From an uncultured Candidatus Saccharibacteria bacterium (lineage in GTDB: Bacteria > Patescibacteriota > Minisyncoccia > Phycocordibacterales > DAORIS01), in NCBI GenBank assembly GCA_964644035.1, contig CAZXUH010000002.1:104881-168880 (forward strand): 64,000 nt of DNA. Reading direction: 5' to 3'. Below, piece by piece: positions 38,606 to 48,328 of the stretch. The notes under the pieces are model-generated. The model was given only the letters and a program-made list of their open reading frames with translations. It had not been told where the DNA came from and did no database searches. The translations under genes were made by a program, and so were the position numbers. How positions within the stretch are numbered: position 1 is the stretch's first letter; each line of letters begins with the position of its first letter.

Positions 38606-39349
38606 ATGAACGAATTAAAAGACATAAATAACCAAAAGGACAGCATCACGTACCTTATTAAGAGGTGGGAGAAAATATCAATAGCTGTATACATGGTTTC
38701 GTCTTTTATAAAGGACATGGACAATATTAAGTGGGATATGCGCAATCGATCGCTGTCGATATTGTCGTCACTCCATCAGGTCAGTGAGGATGCAATAGAA
38801 AGGCATGTCATGCTCGATGAATGTCTTAAAGAACTCAACATCCTTACTTCTGAACTCCAACTCGCATTTTCTGCAGCACTTATTGGAAGGATGAACTTCG
38901 TACTTATTTTTGAAGAAATCGAGCTTTATAAGAGGGAAGTATTCGACTATAAGATAAAAGATGCTGTCCTCTCTCCCCTCCAAAAAGATTTCATGCGAGT
39001 TGAAAAAGATTTCCCCGAGTCTATTGGCCCTACAGAGGATAAAGGACACTTTCTCTATAAAGGACATGAATCTATAAAGGACAAGATAAAGGACAGTCAG
39101 TCAGCAAAGGCTCCCCAAAAAGTACAACCCGAGAAGCCAATTCAAGAGAACCGTATTGAAAGAAGAAAGGCTATAATTAACCTCATCAAAAACAAGGATC
39201 AGGTCTCTATAAAAGACATATCAACTGCCATGAAAGATTGCAGTGAAAAAACCATTCAAAGAGAGCTTCTTTCTCTGGTTGCTGAAGGTGTCCTTAACAA
39301 AAAAGGAGACAGGCGTTGGAGCACATATTCGTTGAGACAGAAGCCCTAA
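38606..39349 (+). CDS. hypothetical protein with C-terminal winged-HTH (DeoR/ArsR-like) domain
   Basis: C-terminus ...SIKDISTAMKDCSEKTIQRELLSLVAEGVLNKKGDRRWSTY. The N-terminal 150 aa are uncharacterised. The DNA contains an embedded TATAAAGGACA tandem repeat. Confidence 0.45.
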   Translation: MNELKDINNQKDSITYLIKRWEKISIAVYMVSSFIKDMDNIKWDMRNRSLSILSSLHQVSEDAIERHVMLDECLKELNILTSELQLAFSAALIGRMNFVLIFEEIELYKREVFDYKIKDAVLSPLQKDFMRVEKDFPESIGPTEDKGHFLYKGHESIKDKIKDSQSAKAPQKVQPEKPIQENRIERRKAIINLIKNKDQVSIKDISTAMKDCSEKTIQRELLSLVAEGVLNKKGDRRWSTYSLRQKP

Positions 39350-39863
39350 TAGCCTTAGGTTAAAATTGGGTCAAAATATGCTAAAAATAGCCCTTGTAAG
39401 AACCTACCCCTTTCTGCGTCATAACTCCTAGATACCTATGCTTTTCCTTTGACTTTTGGGCAATTATATGAGAAAGTATCGTGGGACTTATCCACATGCT
39501 TCCATGTTGCTCTAAGTCGTAATTTGGCTATATAATGTGTCGGTGTTCGTTGACAACTCAATAGGTGGTCAAAATCTCCAGAAATACCTCATTTCCTTGG
39601 GTTCAGTTAAGCCGTATATTCAGTCCAAATTTCGCAAGCTATTCCTTTGTTTGTGTCGATAAACAAAAACGAAGGATTAGTATAAAAAGTTTTTAGTTTC
39701 TGCTTTTGGAACGTATTCAGGAAACTAAAAATTAAGCATCTTTCGTGCGGTGTCTGTCGAAAGCACACACGAAAGGTACAGAATATGTTTCGCTAATAAT
39801 TTCTTCCCACTTCATTTATTAGTAAAGCGGGAAGAGATTGTTTTTAAATTATTTAAAAAAATT

Positions 39864-41741
39864 ATGTCAAAGAAAATTATCGCTGGCATTGTTGCGCTCG
39901 TTGCAGTCTTCGCTTTCGTGGTGACTGTTTCAGCTCAGACAAGCCTCACTTCTGACCTCACAGTCGGATCAACAGGTGCTGAAGTCGTAACACTTCAGTC
40001 ATTCCTAGAAAGCAAAGGCTTCCTAGTTATGCCTGCAGGCGTTGCAAAGGGTTACTTTGGTTCACTCACAAAGTCAGCTCTCGCACGATATCAGTCATCA
40101 AAGGGAATCACACCAGCAGTTGGTTACTTCGGTCCTATCACCCGAGCAGCTGTAAATGCTGAAGGTGGAGTTTCAACTACACCTGGTTGCCCAGCTGGCG
40201 CAATGTACAACACATTGACCGGCGCACCTTGCTCAACAACTCCAGTTACACCTGGTTGCCCAGCAGGCGCAGCATACAACTACATGACAGGTCAGCCTTG
40301 CTCATCATCAACACCTTCAACATCTTCAACAGAAGGTACACTTGATGTCCGACAGGCTGGTTCACCTGCTAACAATGCAAACATCCAGACTTCAGTAGAT
40401 GTACCAGTATATGGTCTTACACTCAAGGCTACGATTGCAGATGTTACAGTTGACCGTCTCGACCTCGAAGTACGAGTAAGCAGCACGGCGAACGGTACAG
40501 AAACACCTTCAAACTTGATCAATACAATCAAGCTTTGGGATGGTTCAACTGTTCTCAAGACTTGGAACGTTACATCTTCTGATTTCATCAAGGATGTTAA
40601 CAACAGTTCTCAGTACTATGTCCGACTATCAGGTCTTAACTTCGTAGTTCCTAAGGATGCTACAAAGTCACTTGTCCTCTCGTTCTCAACAAACAGTGGC
40701 ATTGACACGACCCGAACAGTCTACATTGCTGGCTACGGTTCTAACTCTCTCCGAGCAGTTAGCGGAAACAACATTACGAGCTACTACAACATCTCAGGCA
40801 TCACACGATCACACTCGTTCTTGAAGCCAGGTGCAGGTACTCTTACTGTTAGCTCCGACTCAAATGCAGCAGTATCAAACAACAACAAGGTCAGCACGAC
40901 AAATGGCGTAACAGGCGTAACAGTCGGTTCGTTCAATGTTAAGGCTGAAACAGGTGATGTTAACGTCACAGACGTAACAGTTCCTGTAGTTGTTGGTGGT
41001 GGTGCTACAAACCCTTCAACTGTATTCCTCTACAGCGGATCAACATTGCTTGATTCACGTTCAGGTCCTACAACACAGGGTGGTGGTAGCGTTACATTCA
41101 GCAACTTGAACATTCCTGTTTCAAAGGATGTTACCAAGACTCTTACAGTCAAGGTTGACATGCCTTCAACAACTGCTACAGGTACGTCTATCTCGATCTC
41201 ATCATCGACGACAAACAGCCTCGCAGTCACATACACGAAGCCTAATGGAAACACAGCTTCAGCGTACGTAACAGGAGTTGATTCAGATGCTCAGTACTTC
41301 TTCCCAGTTGCAGCTCAGATCACATTGGTCTCAGCTACAGCTACAGCAGGTGGTACAACGCAGACAGGTTCTACAACAGCTCCATCAGCAGTCTTCGTCT
41401 TCAAGATCAAGCCTGTCGGTGGTTCAATCGTAGCTCCAACAGCAGCTTCAACAACTGTTAAATTCAGCACCTCAACGCTTTCAACAGCGACAACCCTCGG
41501 TGTAGCAACTAACCTCACAATTGAGGGTAACCCTACGATCCTTGCTGAGGATGCAGAATACACAGTCACAGTATCTGCAAACATCACTCCGTTCACGAAC
41601 ACTACGGTTGCAGCTGGTAACTCTATCGTTACCTTCTACATCACTGGTATTCAGTGGGCACCTTCAGTTGGCTTGGTCACTGTCTCTCAGACATGGGGCT
41701 TGGACAACTACAAGACAAATCCAATCACAGTTACAAAATAG
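39864..41741 (+). CDS. secreted cell-surface protein: signal peptide, peptidoglycan-binding domain, two Cys-containing GCPAGA repeats, long S/T/V-rich beta region
   Basis: Start refined to the ATG at 39864 (MSKKIIAGIVALVAVFAFVVTVSAQ). PG_binding_1-like LQSFLESKGF...GYFGSLTKSALARYQ. TPGCPAGA.YN..TG.PCS appears twice. Confidence 0.6.
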   Translation: MSKKIIAGIVALVAVFAFVVTVSAQTSLTSDLTVGSTGAEVVTLQSFLESKGFLVMPAGVAKGYFGSLTKSALARYQSSKGITPAVGYFGPITRAAVNAEGGVSTTPGCPAGAMYNTLTGAPCSTTPVTPGCPAGAAYNYMTGQPCSSSTPSTSSTEGTLDVRQAGSPANNANIQTSVDVPVYGLTLKATIADVTVDRLDLEVRVSSTANGTETPSNLINTIKLWDGSTVLKTWNVTSSDFIKDVNNSSQYYVRLSGLNFVVPKDATKSLVLSFSTNSGIDTTRTVYIAGYGSNSLRAVSGNNITSYYNISGITRSHSFLKPGAGTLTVSSDSNAAVSNNNKVSTTNGVTGVTVGSFNVKAETGDVNVTDVTVPVVVGGGATNPSTVFLYSGSTLLDSRSGPTTQGGGSVTFSNLNIPVSKDVTKTLTVKVDMPSTTATGTSISISSSTTNSLAVTYTKPNGNTASAYVTGVDSDAQYFFPVAAQITLVSATATAGGTTQTGSTTAPSAVFVFKIKPVGGSIVAPTAASTTVKFSTSTLSTATTLGVATNLTIEGNPTILAEDAEYTVTVSANITPFTNTTVAAGNSIVTFYITGIQWAPSVGLVTVSQTWGLDNYKTNPITVTK

Positions 41742-41791
41742 TAACTCTGTTGGCATGAGCTTACTCGGCAAGATCGCCTAGTACGCACAAC

Positions 41792-41826
41792 AAAAACCCG
41801 CAAGGCTAAACCCTTGCGGGTTTTTG
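41792..41826 (+). terminator. intrinsic terminator after the surface-protein gene
   Basis: CCCGCAAGG-CTAAAC-CCTTGCGGG followed by TTTTTG. Confidence 0.75.
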
Positions 41827-41921
41827 CGTTGCATGGATTTCTGAAATAAAACTGAAGGCAAAATGTTTTTCTATATTAAATCTTCAGTTTTTCTTCATAC
41901 TACTTTTGAGACAATGCTGGC

Positions 41922-44627
41922 ATGAAAAAGTTAATCAAAAGAATAATCATCGTCTGCATATTTTTATCAATACTATTTATTAGTAATACTGTTTTTGCTG
42001 AGACTAGAATCTCAAGTTCAATCGAACAAGATTTTGTCTGGATAAAATCAGCCGATCCGTATATTCTCGATAGTGATATAGATGTGTCAGAAAACGTAAA
42101 ACTTACGGTAGAGCCTGGAACAGAAATAAATCTAAACGGACATGAATTGTCAGTATTTGGGTCTATACACACAAATGGTTCTGTAGGGGAAAAGGTAAAA
42201 ATATATAGCAATGGCAGTGGACAAATATCCATAGAGAACAATCACGCTACTTCAAGTTTTATCTTTACTGATATAGAAAATGTGCGTTTAATTACTTCAT
42301 TTGGAGGTGGCACTATCTATGACAATGTTTCATTTGTAAAAACAGGCATTGCTCAGTCAAAGGGATTTTTAGATATAAGAAGAAGTAGCTTTTTTGGTGG
42401 TGCTCGAGGAATAAGTATTAGAAATGCTACCGCAACTTTAGATCATGTGTCGTTAAAAGATATTCAAAACAATGCTATATACATTTTCAAATCAACATTA
42501 CGTGGATCATATCTTGAGGTAGAAAATAGTAAATCAGGCATTCTTATTCAAGATAAAGGGCCAGTGCTCGTCTTTCTAAACAAAATATTTAAACCTGTGA
42601 CAGTTCTTGCGGATGGTGATTATTCTGTAAAAATTTCTAGCAGTACTATAGCTTCGAATCAAAATTTTAATGTAAGTAATGATACAGAATCAACAGTTGA
42701 TGCGCGAAACAATTGGTGGGGAAGTGATACGGGGCCAGGCGGGACTACTATTGGCAATGTGCTTTTCAGTCCTTGGCTTTTGACCAAACCTCAAGAAGAA
42801 GTGTTGCCAGAAATTATTTGTTGCTCAAATATATTGTTCCTGCCAGGGCTTCAATCGAGCAGACTTTTTTCGAACGGTCTTTTGGGAACTGAAAACCAGC
42901 TTTGGGAACCTAATAGAAACAAAGATGCTCAAAAGCTTTATCTAAACAAAGAAGGCAAGAGTATTACCAAAAATGTGTATGCAAAGGAGATTATTTCAGA
43001 AACTAATATTCTTCCTGTAGCAAAGATACCAATCTACAAATCTTTTATCTCAAATATGGATGCATTAGTTGCGTCTGGCACGATCAAGCAATGGCAGTCA
43101 CTACCGTATGATTGGCGTCTATCGCTAGAAGATGTCTATATCAAAAGTGATATTGGGAATGTCGTTTCTGGTCTAGCATCGACTTCTTTGTCTGGAAAAG
43201 TAACTGTTATTTCCCATAGCAATGGAGGGTTGCTGGCTAAATATGTTTTAGCTCAACTTGAGAAAAGTCAGAAGGAACATTTAATTGATAAGGTTTTATT
43301 TGTGGCAGTGCCGCATTTTGGTACGCCAAAAGCTATAGCTTCTTTATTGTATGGTGAAGATCAGGCAATTGCTGGAGGAGTGATCATGTCAAAAACCACC
43401 GCGAAAGGCTTGTCTGAAAATATGCCGTCAGCATTCAATCTGTTGCCGTCCCAAAAATATTTCAATGGATCAAATAACAACGTTATTACTACTCCAACTA
43501 CTACGGTGGATAGTGTATTGAAACTCAATAGTTTTTTGTCTCCACAGAACCAGTCTTTATTGTCTTCAGCAAATACAGTACATAGCTGGCTAGATAATTG
43601 GCAGCCACCAAACGGTATCGGTACCTATCAAATTATTGGAGATAATCTCTCCACTTTATTAGGTTTGTCCTATGTGAAACTTGCTAATGGTAGTCTAGAT
43701 CATCAACCAATTACTACCAAGAGAGGGGACGGTACTGTTGTATATCACAGTGCTTTGGCTGACTTTGCTTCGACAACAAAGATGGTTGATATGCGCAAAG
43801 AAAGTGCTGATCTAAAGAAAAATGTTACTCATGCCGCCATACTTGAAATACCCTCGGTCAATACCTGCATAGCATCATTTATCTCTAATGGTTTGTGTCC
43901 GAAATTGGCTCAGGCCTCAACGTTACCTACAATACCTTCAATCAATCTTCAGCGTTCAATGATTAACGGAGTTCATTCTCCTGTTGATATTGGTATGACA
44001 GATAAAGATGGCAACTATACAGGCAGAATATATCCAGAGACCGATTCCGATTTTGACTTCTATCGAGAAGATATTCCCGGAAGTAAATATATGGAAATAG
44101 GCGAAGGCAAGTATGTTGTTGTGGATGATATGAAAACTATTGAAAGTATTAGTATAAAGGGTACAGGCTTTGGAACTTTCTCTTATACGTTAGCCACGAG
44201 CACAGACAGTGGTGTTGCACTAAGTTTTGAATTTCAAGATATACCCGTCACTCCGGATACTATAGCAACTATCTCGCCAGACAAACCGCATCTCATGAAT
44301 ATAGATTTTGATGGCAATGGATCTATTGATGCCACTACTTCTGATAGTACAGCATTTGATCCATTGCTCTACATTTCAAGTATGAAGTTTTTTGTGGAAA
44401 AACTTTCCGTTTCCAAACCTGTTAAAGATCTTTTAATTCGCAGATTGGATAAAATATCAAAGAAAATAGAAAAAAATAATACTCCAGCTGTACGCCGAAC
44501 AGTGTACAAACTTGTCAGAAATATTAATTTTAAGAAACATGGCTTCAAGAAAATATCTAAAGAAGACATGGCTGCACTGCATGATCTTTTTATTAGATTT
44601 GCCGACGGTCTTGAAAAGATTCAATAA
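41922..44627 (+). CDS. secreted right-handed beta-helix domain protein fused to an LCAT/PGAP1-like alpha/beta-hydrolase (lipase/esterase) domain
   Basis: Signal peptide. Parallel beta-helix repeats ending in NNWWGSDTGP. Lipase nucleophile elbow VISHSNGG (GxSxG variant) and VPHFGTPKA downstream. Confidence 0.6.
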   Translation: MKKLIKRIIIVCIFLSILFISNTVFAETRISSSIEQDFVWIKSADPYILDSDIDVSENVKLTVEPGTEINLNGHELSVFGSIHTNGSVGEKVKIYSNGSGQISIENNHATSSFIFTDIENVRLITSFGGGTIYDNVSFVKTGIAQSKGFLDIRRSSFFGGARGISIRNATATLDHVSLKDIQNNAIYIFKSTLRGSYLEVENSKSGILIQDKGPVLVFLNKIFKPVTVLADGDYSVKISSSTIASNQNFNVSNDTESTVDARNNWWGSDTGPGGTTIGNVLFSPWLLTKPQEEVLPEIICCSNILFLPGLQSSRLFSNGLLGTENQLWEPNRNKDAQKLYLNKEGKSITKNVYAKEIISETNILPVAKIPIYKSFISNMDALVASGTIKQWQSLPYDWRLSLEDVYIKSDIGNVVSGLASTSLSGKVTVISHSNGGLLAKYVLAQLEKSQKEHLIDKVLFVAVPHFGTPKAIASLLYGEDQAIAGGVIMSKTTAKGLSENMPSAFNLLPSQKYFNGSNNNVITTPTTTVDSVLKLNSFLSPQNQSLLSSANTVHSWLDNWQPPNGIGTYQIIGDNLSTLLGLSYVKLANGSLDHQPITTKRGDGTVVYHSALADFASTTKMVDMRKESADLKKNVTHAAILEIPSVNTCIASFISNGLCPKLAQASTLPTIPSINLQRSMINGVHSPVDIGMTDKDGNYTGRIYPETDSDFDFYREDIPGSKYMEIGEGKYVVVDDMKTIESISIKGTGFGTFSYTLATSTDSGVALSFEFQDIPVTPDTIATISPDKPHLMNIDFDGNGSIDATTSDSTAFDPLLYISSMKFFVEKLSVSKPVKDLLIRRLDKISKKIEKNNTPAVRRTVYKLVRNINFKKHGFKKISKEDMAALHDLFIRFADGLEKIQ

Positions 44628-44629
44628 GT

Positions 44630-44816
44630 ATAGTAACGTATCGACATAAGGCCGAAGACAAGAGGCATTGGGCTGTATCGCTCCTCACGGAGCTCCATGA
44701 GCCAGATAAGCCCTCTCGAGGCTTCTAGTAACACTAGAACGATTCTCTATACTGGTTTACCAGTCACTGAAATCGGCCTTTTATTAGGTCGATTTTAATT
44801 TTGTTCAACACAAAAC
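44630..44816 (+). promoter_or_regulatory. structured 5' leader of rplJ-rplL (candidate L10 autoregulatory leader)
   Basis: 187-nt untranslated, comparatively GC-rich region directly upstream of rplJ. Its ends can pair (GGCCGAAG ... AATCGGCC). L10 leaders are typical at this position. Confidence 0.4.
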
Positions 44817-45308
44817 ATGCCGATATCAAAAGAAAAAAAGAAGGGAATATTCAAAGATGTCACCGAAACACTCGGAGTTAAGGGTGCGGTAGTCTTTGTC
44901 AATTTCCATGGCGTCACGGTCGCAGATTCTACGATCATGCGCAAAAAGCTCAAGAGCGAAGGGGTAGGATACCTCGTTGCAAAAAAGAGCATCGTCAAGA
45001 AGATTCTTGGTGAAATGAAAGTTCCTGGAACATTGCCTACACTCGAAGGAGAATTGGCAATCGTATCTGGTAGCGATCTCATTGCTCCAGCTAGGGAAAT
45101 CTTCGACTTCCAAAAGAAGCTCGACAATAAGATTTCTATCCTTGGTGGCATCTTCGAAGGCAAGTACATGTCGAAAGAAGAGATGACTTCGATCGCAACT
45201 ATCCCAAGCGCTCACACGCTTCAGGCTATGTTCGTCAATGTTATCAGTTCGCCTATTAGCGGATTTGTCAGAGCTCTCGACGCTATTGCAAAGCAGAAGA
45301 CAGCATAA
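44817..45308 (+). CDS. rplJ: 50S ribosomal protein L10
   Basis: 163 aa, L10-like N-terminus (KEKKKGIFKDVTETL...VVFVNFHGVTVADSTIMRKKL). Confidence 0.88.
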   Translation: MPISKEKKKGIFKDVTETLGVKGAVVFVNFHGVTVADSTIMRKKLKSEGVGYLVAKKSIVKKILGEMKVPGTLPTLEGELAIVSGSDLIAPAREIFDFQKKLDNKISILGGIFEGKYMSKEEMTSIATIPSAHTLQAMFVNVISSPISGFVRALDAIAKQKTA

Positions 45309-45329
45309 ATTAATAATTACATAACAACT

Positions 45330-45725
45330 ATGTCAGACACAGAAAACACACAGGTAGAAGTTCCTGCGAAATTCAAGTCAGTCGTCGACACCATCGAACA
45401 GATGTCAGTCCTCGATCTCAATGAACTCGTCAAACTTCTCGAAAAGAAATTCGGAGTATCAGCAGCGGCAGTTGCCGTCGCAGGTCCCGCAGCCGGTCCA
45501 GCAGCAGAAGAGAAATCTTCATACAACGTTCATCTTACAGATGGCGGTGCTCAGAAGATCGCTGTTATCAAGGTAGTCAAAGAGGCTCTTGCCCTTGGTC
45601 TCAAGGAAGCAAAAGATCTCGTCGATGCCGCTCCATCAGTCCTCAAAGAAGGAATGAAGAAGGAAGATGCAGAAGCTCTCAAGAAGCAGATCGAAGCAGC
45701 AGGCGGAAAAGTAGACCTCAAATAG
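45330..45725 (+). CDS. rplL: 50S ribosomal protein L7/L12
   Basis: Ala/Pro hinge ([13 protein letters not shown]) and the C-terminal domain [24 protein letters not shown]...GGKVDLK. Confidence 0.95.
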   Translation: MSDTENTQVEVPAKFKSVVDTIEQMSVLDLNELVKLLEKKFGVSAAAVAVAGPAAGPAAEEKSSYNVHLTDGGAQKIAVIKVVKEALALGLKEAKDLVDAAPSVLKEGMKKEDAEALKKQIEAAGGKVDLK

Positions 45726-45747
45726 GCCTTATTTACCGACTTATGTC

Positions 45748-45785
45748 AAAAACACCTCTCACGTCTGTGAGGGGTGTTTTTGTAT
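45748..45785 (+). terminator. intrinsic terminator after rplL
   Basis: ACACCTCTCAC-GTCT-GTGAGGGGTGT followed by TTTTTG. Confidence 0.7.
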
Positions 45786-45826
45786 TGGGCAATGGTATAC
45801 TAGGACGATAATAAATACCGCATACT

Positions 45827-46441
45827 ATGAAGACCTTGGAAAAACTGTTTGGCAGCCTAGCGAAGGTAAAACTCATGAGGATGTTTCTGTTCAATCCAGA
45901 CAGTGCTTTTGACCTCCATACGATAGCCGATCGTTCCAAGGTGCCTACCAGACAAACAAGAACAGAGCTCAATAGACTAAGCGAAATGGGTCTTGTAAAA
46001 AAGCGTTCGGTCATTAAAACATACCCACCAAGAAAAAAAGATGGTAATCCAAGAAAGAAAAAGGTAGATGGCTGGACTCTCGATACTTCATTTATCTATA
46101 TCAATGAGCTTCGTCAGCTTCTGCTCAATTCGACGCTGATCAAAAATTCGGATATTATTATGCGCTTACAAAAAGGTGGTCGCATGAAACTCATTATTGT
46201 GGCAGGTATTTTTATTCAAAACCAAGACAGTCGACTCGATATGTTTGTGGTGGGAGATGGTATCAAGAAGGGAAGTTTGGAAAATGCTATTAAAATCATT
46301 GAATCTGAAATAGGCAAGGAATTGCGTTATGTATGGTTTGATACTGAAGAGTTCAAATATCGCTTGGCAATGTATGACAAGCTTATCAGAGATATTCTTG
46401 ATTTTCCTCACGAGAAAATCCTCAACAAGCTAACGTTCTAA
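45827..46441 (+). CDS. hypothetical protein: N-terminal winged-HTH plus C-terminal domain of unknown function (weakly nucleotidyltransferase-like)
   Basis: wHTH pattern LHTIADRSKVPTRQTRTELNRLSEMGLV. C-terminal GIFIQNQDSRLDMFVVGDG is loosely reminiscent of minimal NTase motifs. Confidence 0.35.
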   Translation: MKTLEKLFGSLAKVKLMRMFLFNPDSAFDLHTIADRSKVPTRQTRTELNRLSEMGLVKKRSVIKTYPPRKKDGNPRKKKVDGWTLDTSFIYINELRQLLLNSTLIKNSDIIMRLQKGGRMKLIIVAGIFIQNQDSRLDMFVVGDGIKKGSLENAIKIIESEIGKELRYVWFDTEEFKYRLAMYDKLIRDILDFPHEKILNKLTF

Positions 46442-46444
46442 TGC

Positions 46445-47278
46445 ATGCTTCCACTTGTCACCCTGCTTCGGCCATATAACTGGATAAAGAATCTTTTTCT
46501 TTTTGTACCACTTTTTTTCGCTAAAGAATTTTTTAATACAGAAAAAATAGTTCCTACTACGTGGGCGTTTATTGCGTTTTGTCTGACTGCTAGTGCGGTC
46601 TATATCATCAATGATATTGCTGACAAAGATCAGGATAGCAAGCACTCGCTTAAAAAGTATCGACCAATTGCCTCTGGAAAAATATCTTCGGTGACAGCGT
46701 GGATTGCGGCCACTGTCTTAATGATTGCAGTTGCGGCAATTGTATATGTGAAGATTCCGGAAATCTTTCTTTTATTGCTCACATATTTTGTACTCAATAT
46801 TCTATATTCGCTCTGGCTTAAGCATGAAGCAGTAGTCGATATCCTTTTGGTAGCAACCTTTTATTCTTTGCGAATTATGATTGGAGGAGTGGCTGCAGAT
46901 GTCCCGGTTTCTCATTGGCTCATACTCTGCACGATTTTCATTTCACTCTTTTTGATTGTTGGTAAAAGAATGGCTGAATATGGGCAAGAGAATAAAAGAA
47001 GGGTTTTGGCCGCCTATACACCGACGTTTCTTCAGGCTCTACTTATCATTTCAGCTACACTGTCGATTATTTCTTACAGTCTCTATGCTGTACTTGTGCT
47101 CGATACCAACCTAGCAGCTTTCTCGGTATTCTTTGTACTTCTTGGTGTTATGCGCTATACATCGCTTATTCTCACTTCTCAAAAGGCCGAATATCCAGAA
47201 AAAGCTCTCGTAGGTGATGGGGTGATCGTAGTAAGTGGCTTGTTGTGGCTTGGTATGATGTATTTTATTTTTTACTAA
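46445..47278 (+). CDS. UbiA-family polyprenyl-phosphate 5-phosphoribosyltransferase (decaprenyl-phosphate phosphoribosyltransferase / DPPR synthase homolog)
   Basis: RPYNWIKNLFLF..P, YIINDIADKDQD (NDxxDxxxD), K(K)YRPIASG, LKHEAVVDIL, LR...GG.AA..PVS.W and SLFLIVGKRMAEY all match the Rv3806c family as I recall it. Confidence 0.75.
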   Translation: MLPLVTLLRPYNWIKNLFLFVPLFFAKEFFNTEKIVPTTWAFIAFCLTASAVYIINDIADKDQDSKHSLKKYRPIASGKISSVTAWIAATVLMIAVAAIVYVKIPEIFLLLLTYFVLNILYSLWLKHEAVVDILLVATFYSLRIMIGGVAADVPVSHWLILCTIFISLFLIVGKRMAEYGQENKRRVLAAYTPTFLQALLIISATLSIISYSLYAVLVLDTNLAAFSVFFVLLGVMRYTSLILTSQKAEYPEKALVGDGVIVVSGLLWLGMMYFIFY

Positions 47279-47282
47279 ACAT

Positions 47283-48317
47283 ATGAAATTTCTTATCACT
47301 GGCGGTTCAGGATTCCTTGGAATAAATTTTATACGCTATGCCCTTGATAGAGGGAATACGATTGTATCTCTCGATAAAGAAGATTTTGATTATCCTGAGA
47401 AAAATAAAATCACCAGTATTGTGGGTGATATTCGTGACAAAGATACTTTGAACAAAGCTATGATTGGTATCGATGTCGTCGTGCATACTGCTGCGGCACT
47501 TCCGTTGTATACCAAACAAGAAATATTTTCTACTGATATCGATGGTACAAAAAATGTATTGGAAGCCGCTTTTAAAAACAATGTATCGAGAGTGATACAT
47601 ATTTCTTCTACTGCTGTATATGGCATACCCGATCATCATCCCTTGCTCGAAACCGATACACTCGATGGTGTCGGACCATATGGCCAGGCAAAAATCTTGG
47701 CCGAAGAAGCGTGTCTGGAATATCGTAAGCAAGGCAAGTGTGTGTCTATCATACGACCAAAATCGTTTGTAGGTCCGGAGAGATTGGGTGTCTTTGCATT
47801 GTTTTATGACTGGGCACAAGATGGCAAGAATTTTCCAATGATTGGTAGTGGTAAAAATCGCTATCAACTACTCGATGTCGAAGATCTCTGTCAGGCGATT
47901 TATAGCTGTGCAACGCTTGATACTAAGATCGTCAACGATACATTCAATATCGGTGCCAAAGAATTTACTACTATGAAAGAAGATTATCAGGCTGTGCTCG
48001 ATAAGGCTGGTTTTGGAAAGAAGATAGTAGGTCTTCCAGCTAAGCCGGTTATTTGGACACTTCGACTTCTTGAATTGTTGCATTTGTCGCCATTGTACAA
48101 ATGGGTCTATGAAACAGCATCTGAAGATTCATTTGTATCTATAGAAAAAGCAGAGCGCAAGCTTGGGTACAAACCGCAGTATTCAAACAAGCAAGCTATG
48201 ATCCGCAACTATGAATGGTATTTGGAGAATCAGAAGAACTTCAAAGGCCTTTCTGGTGTGTCGCATCGCGTGCCTTGGAAGCAGGGTATATTGAAAATAG
48301 CCAAGATATTCTTTTAA
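47283..48317 (+). CDS. NAD-dependent epimerase/dehydratase (extended SDR)
   Basis: N-terminal ITGGSGFLG Rossmann motif and catalytic YGQAK (YxxxK). Confidence 0.8.
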   Translation: MKFLITGGSGFLGINFIRYALDRGNTIVSLDKEDFDYPEKNKITSIVGDIRDKDTLNKAMIGIDVVVHTAAALPLYTKQEIFSTDIDGTKNVLEAAFKNNVSRVIHISSTAVYGIPDHHPLLETDTLDGVGPYGQAKILAEEACLEYRKQGKCVSIIRPKSFVGPERLGVFALFYDWAQDGKNFPMIGSGKNRYQLLDVEDLCQAIYSCATLDTKIVNDTFNIGAKEFTTMKEDYQAVLDKAGFGKKIVGLPAKPVIWTLRLLELLHLSPLYKWVYETASEDSFVSIEKAERKLGYKPQYSNKQAMIRNYEWYLENQKNFKGLSGVSHRVPWKQGILKIAKIFF

Positions 48318-48328
48318 TACATACTACA

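Noticed and set aside
40292-41781. Minus-strand ORFs antisense to the surface-protein gene (40292-40603, 40784-40969, 41030-41254, 41315-41602) and plus-strand ORF 41521-41781
   Set aside because: The sense strand encodes a long repetitive T/S/V-rich protein with a signal peptide and a peptidoglycan-binding domain. The antisense frames are long only because of codon-repeat structure.
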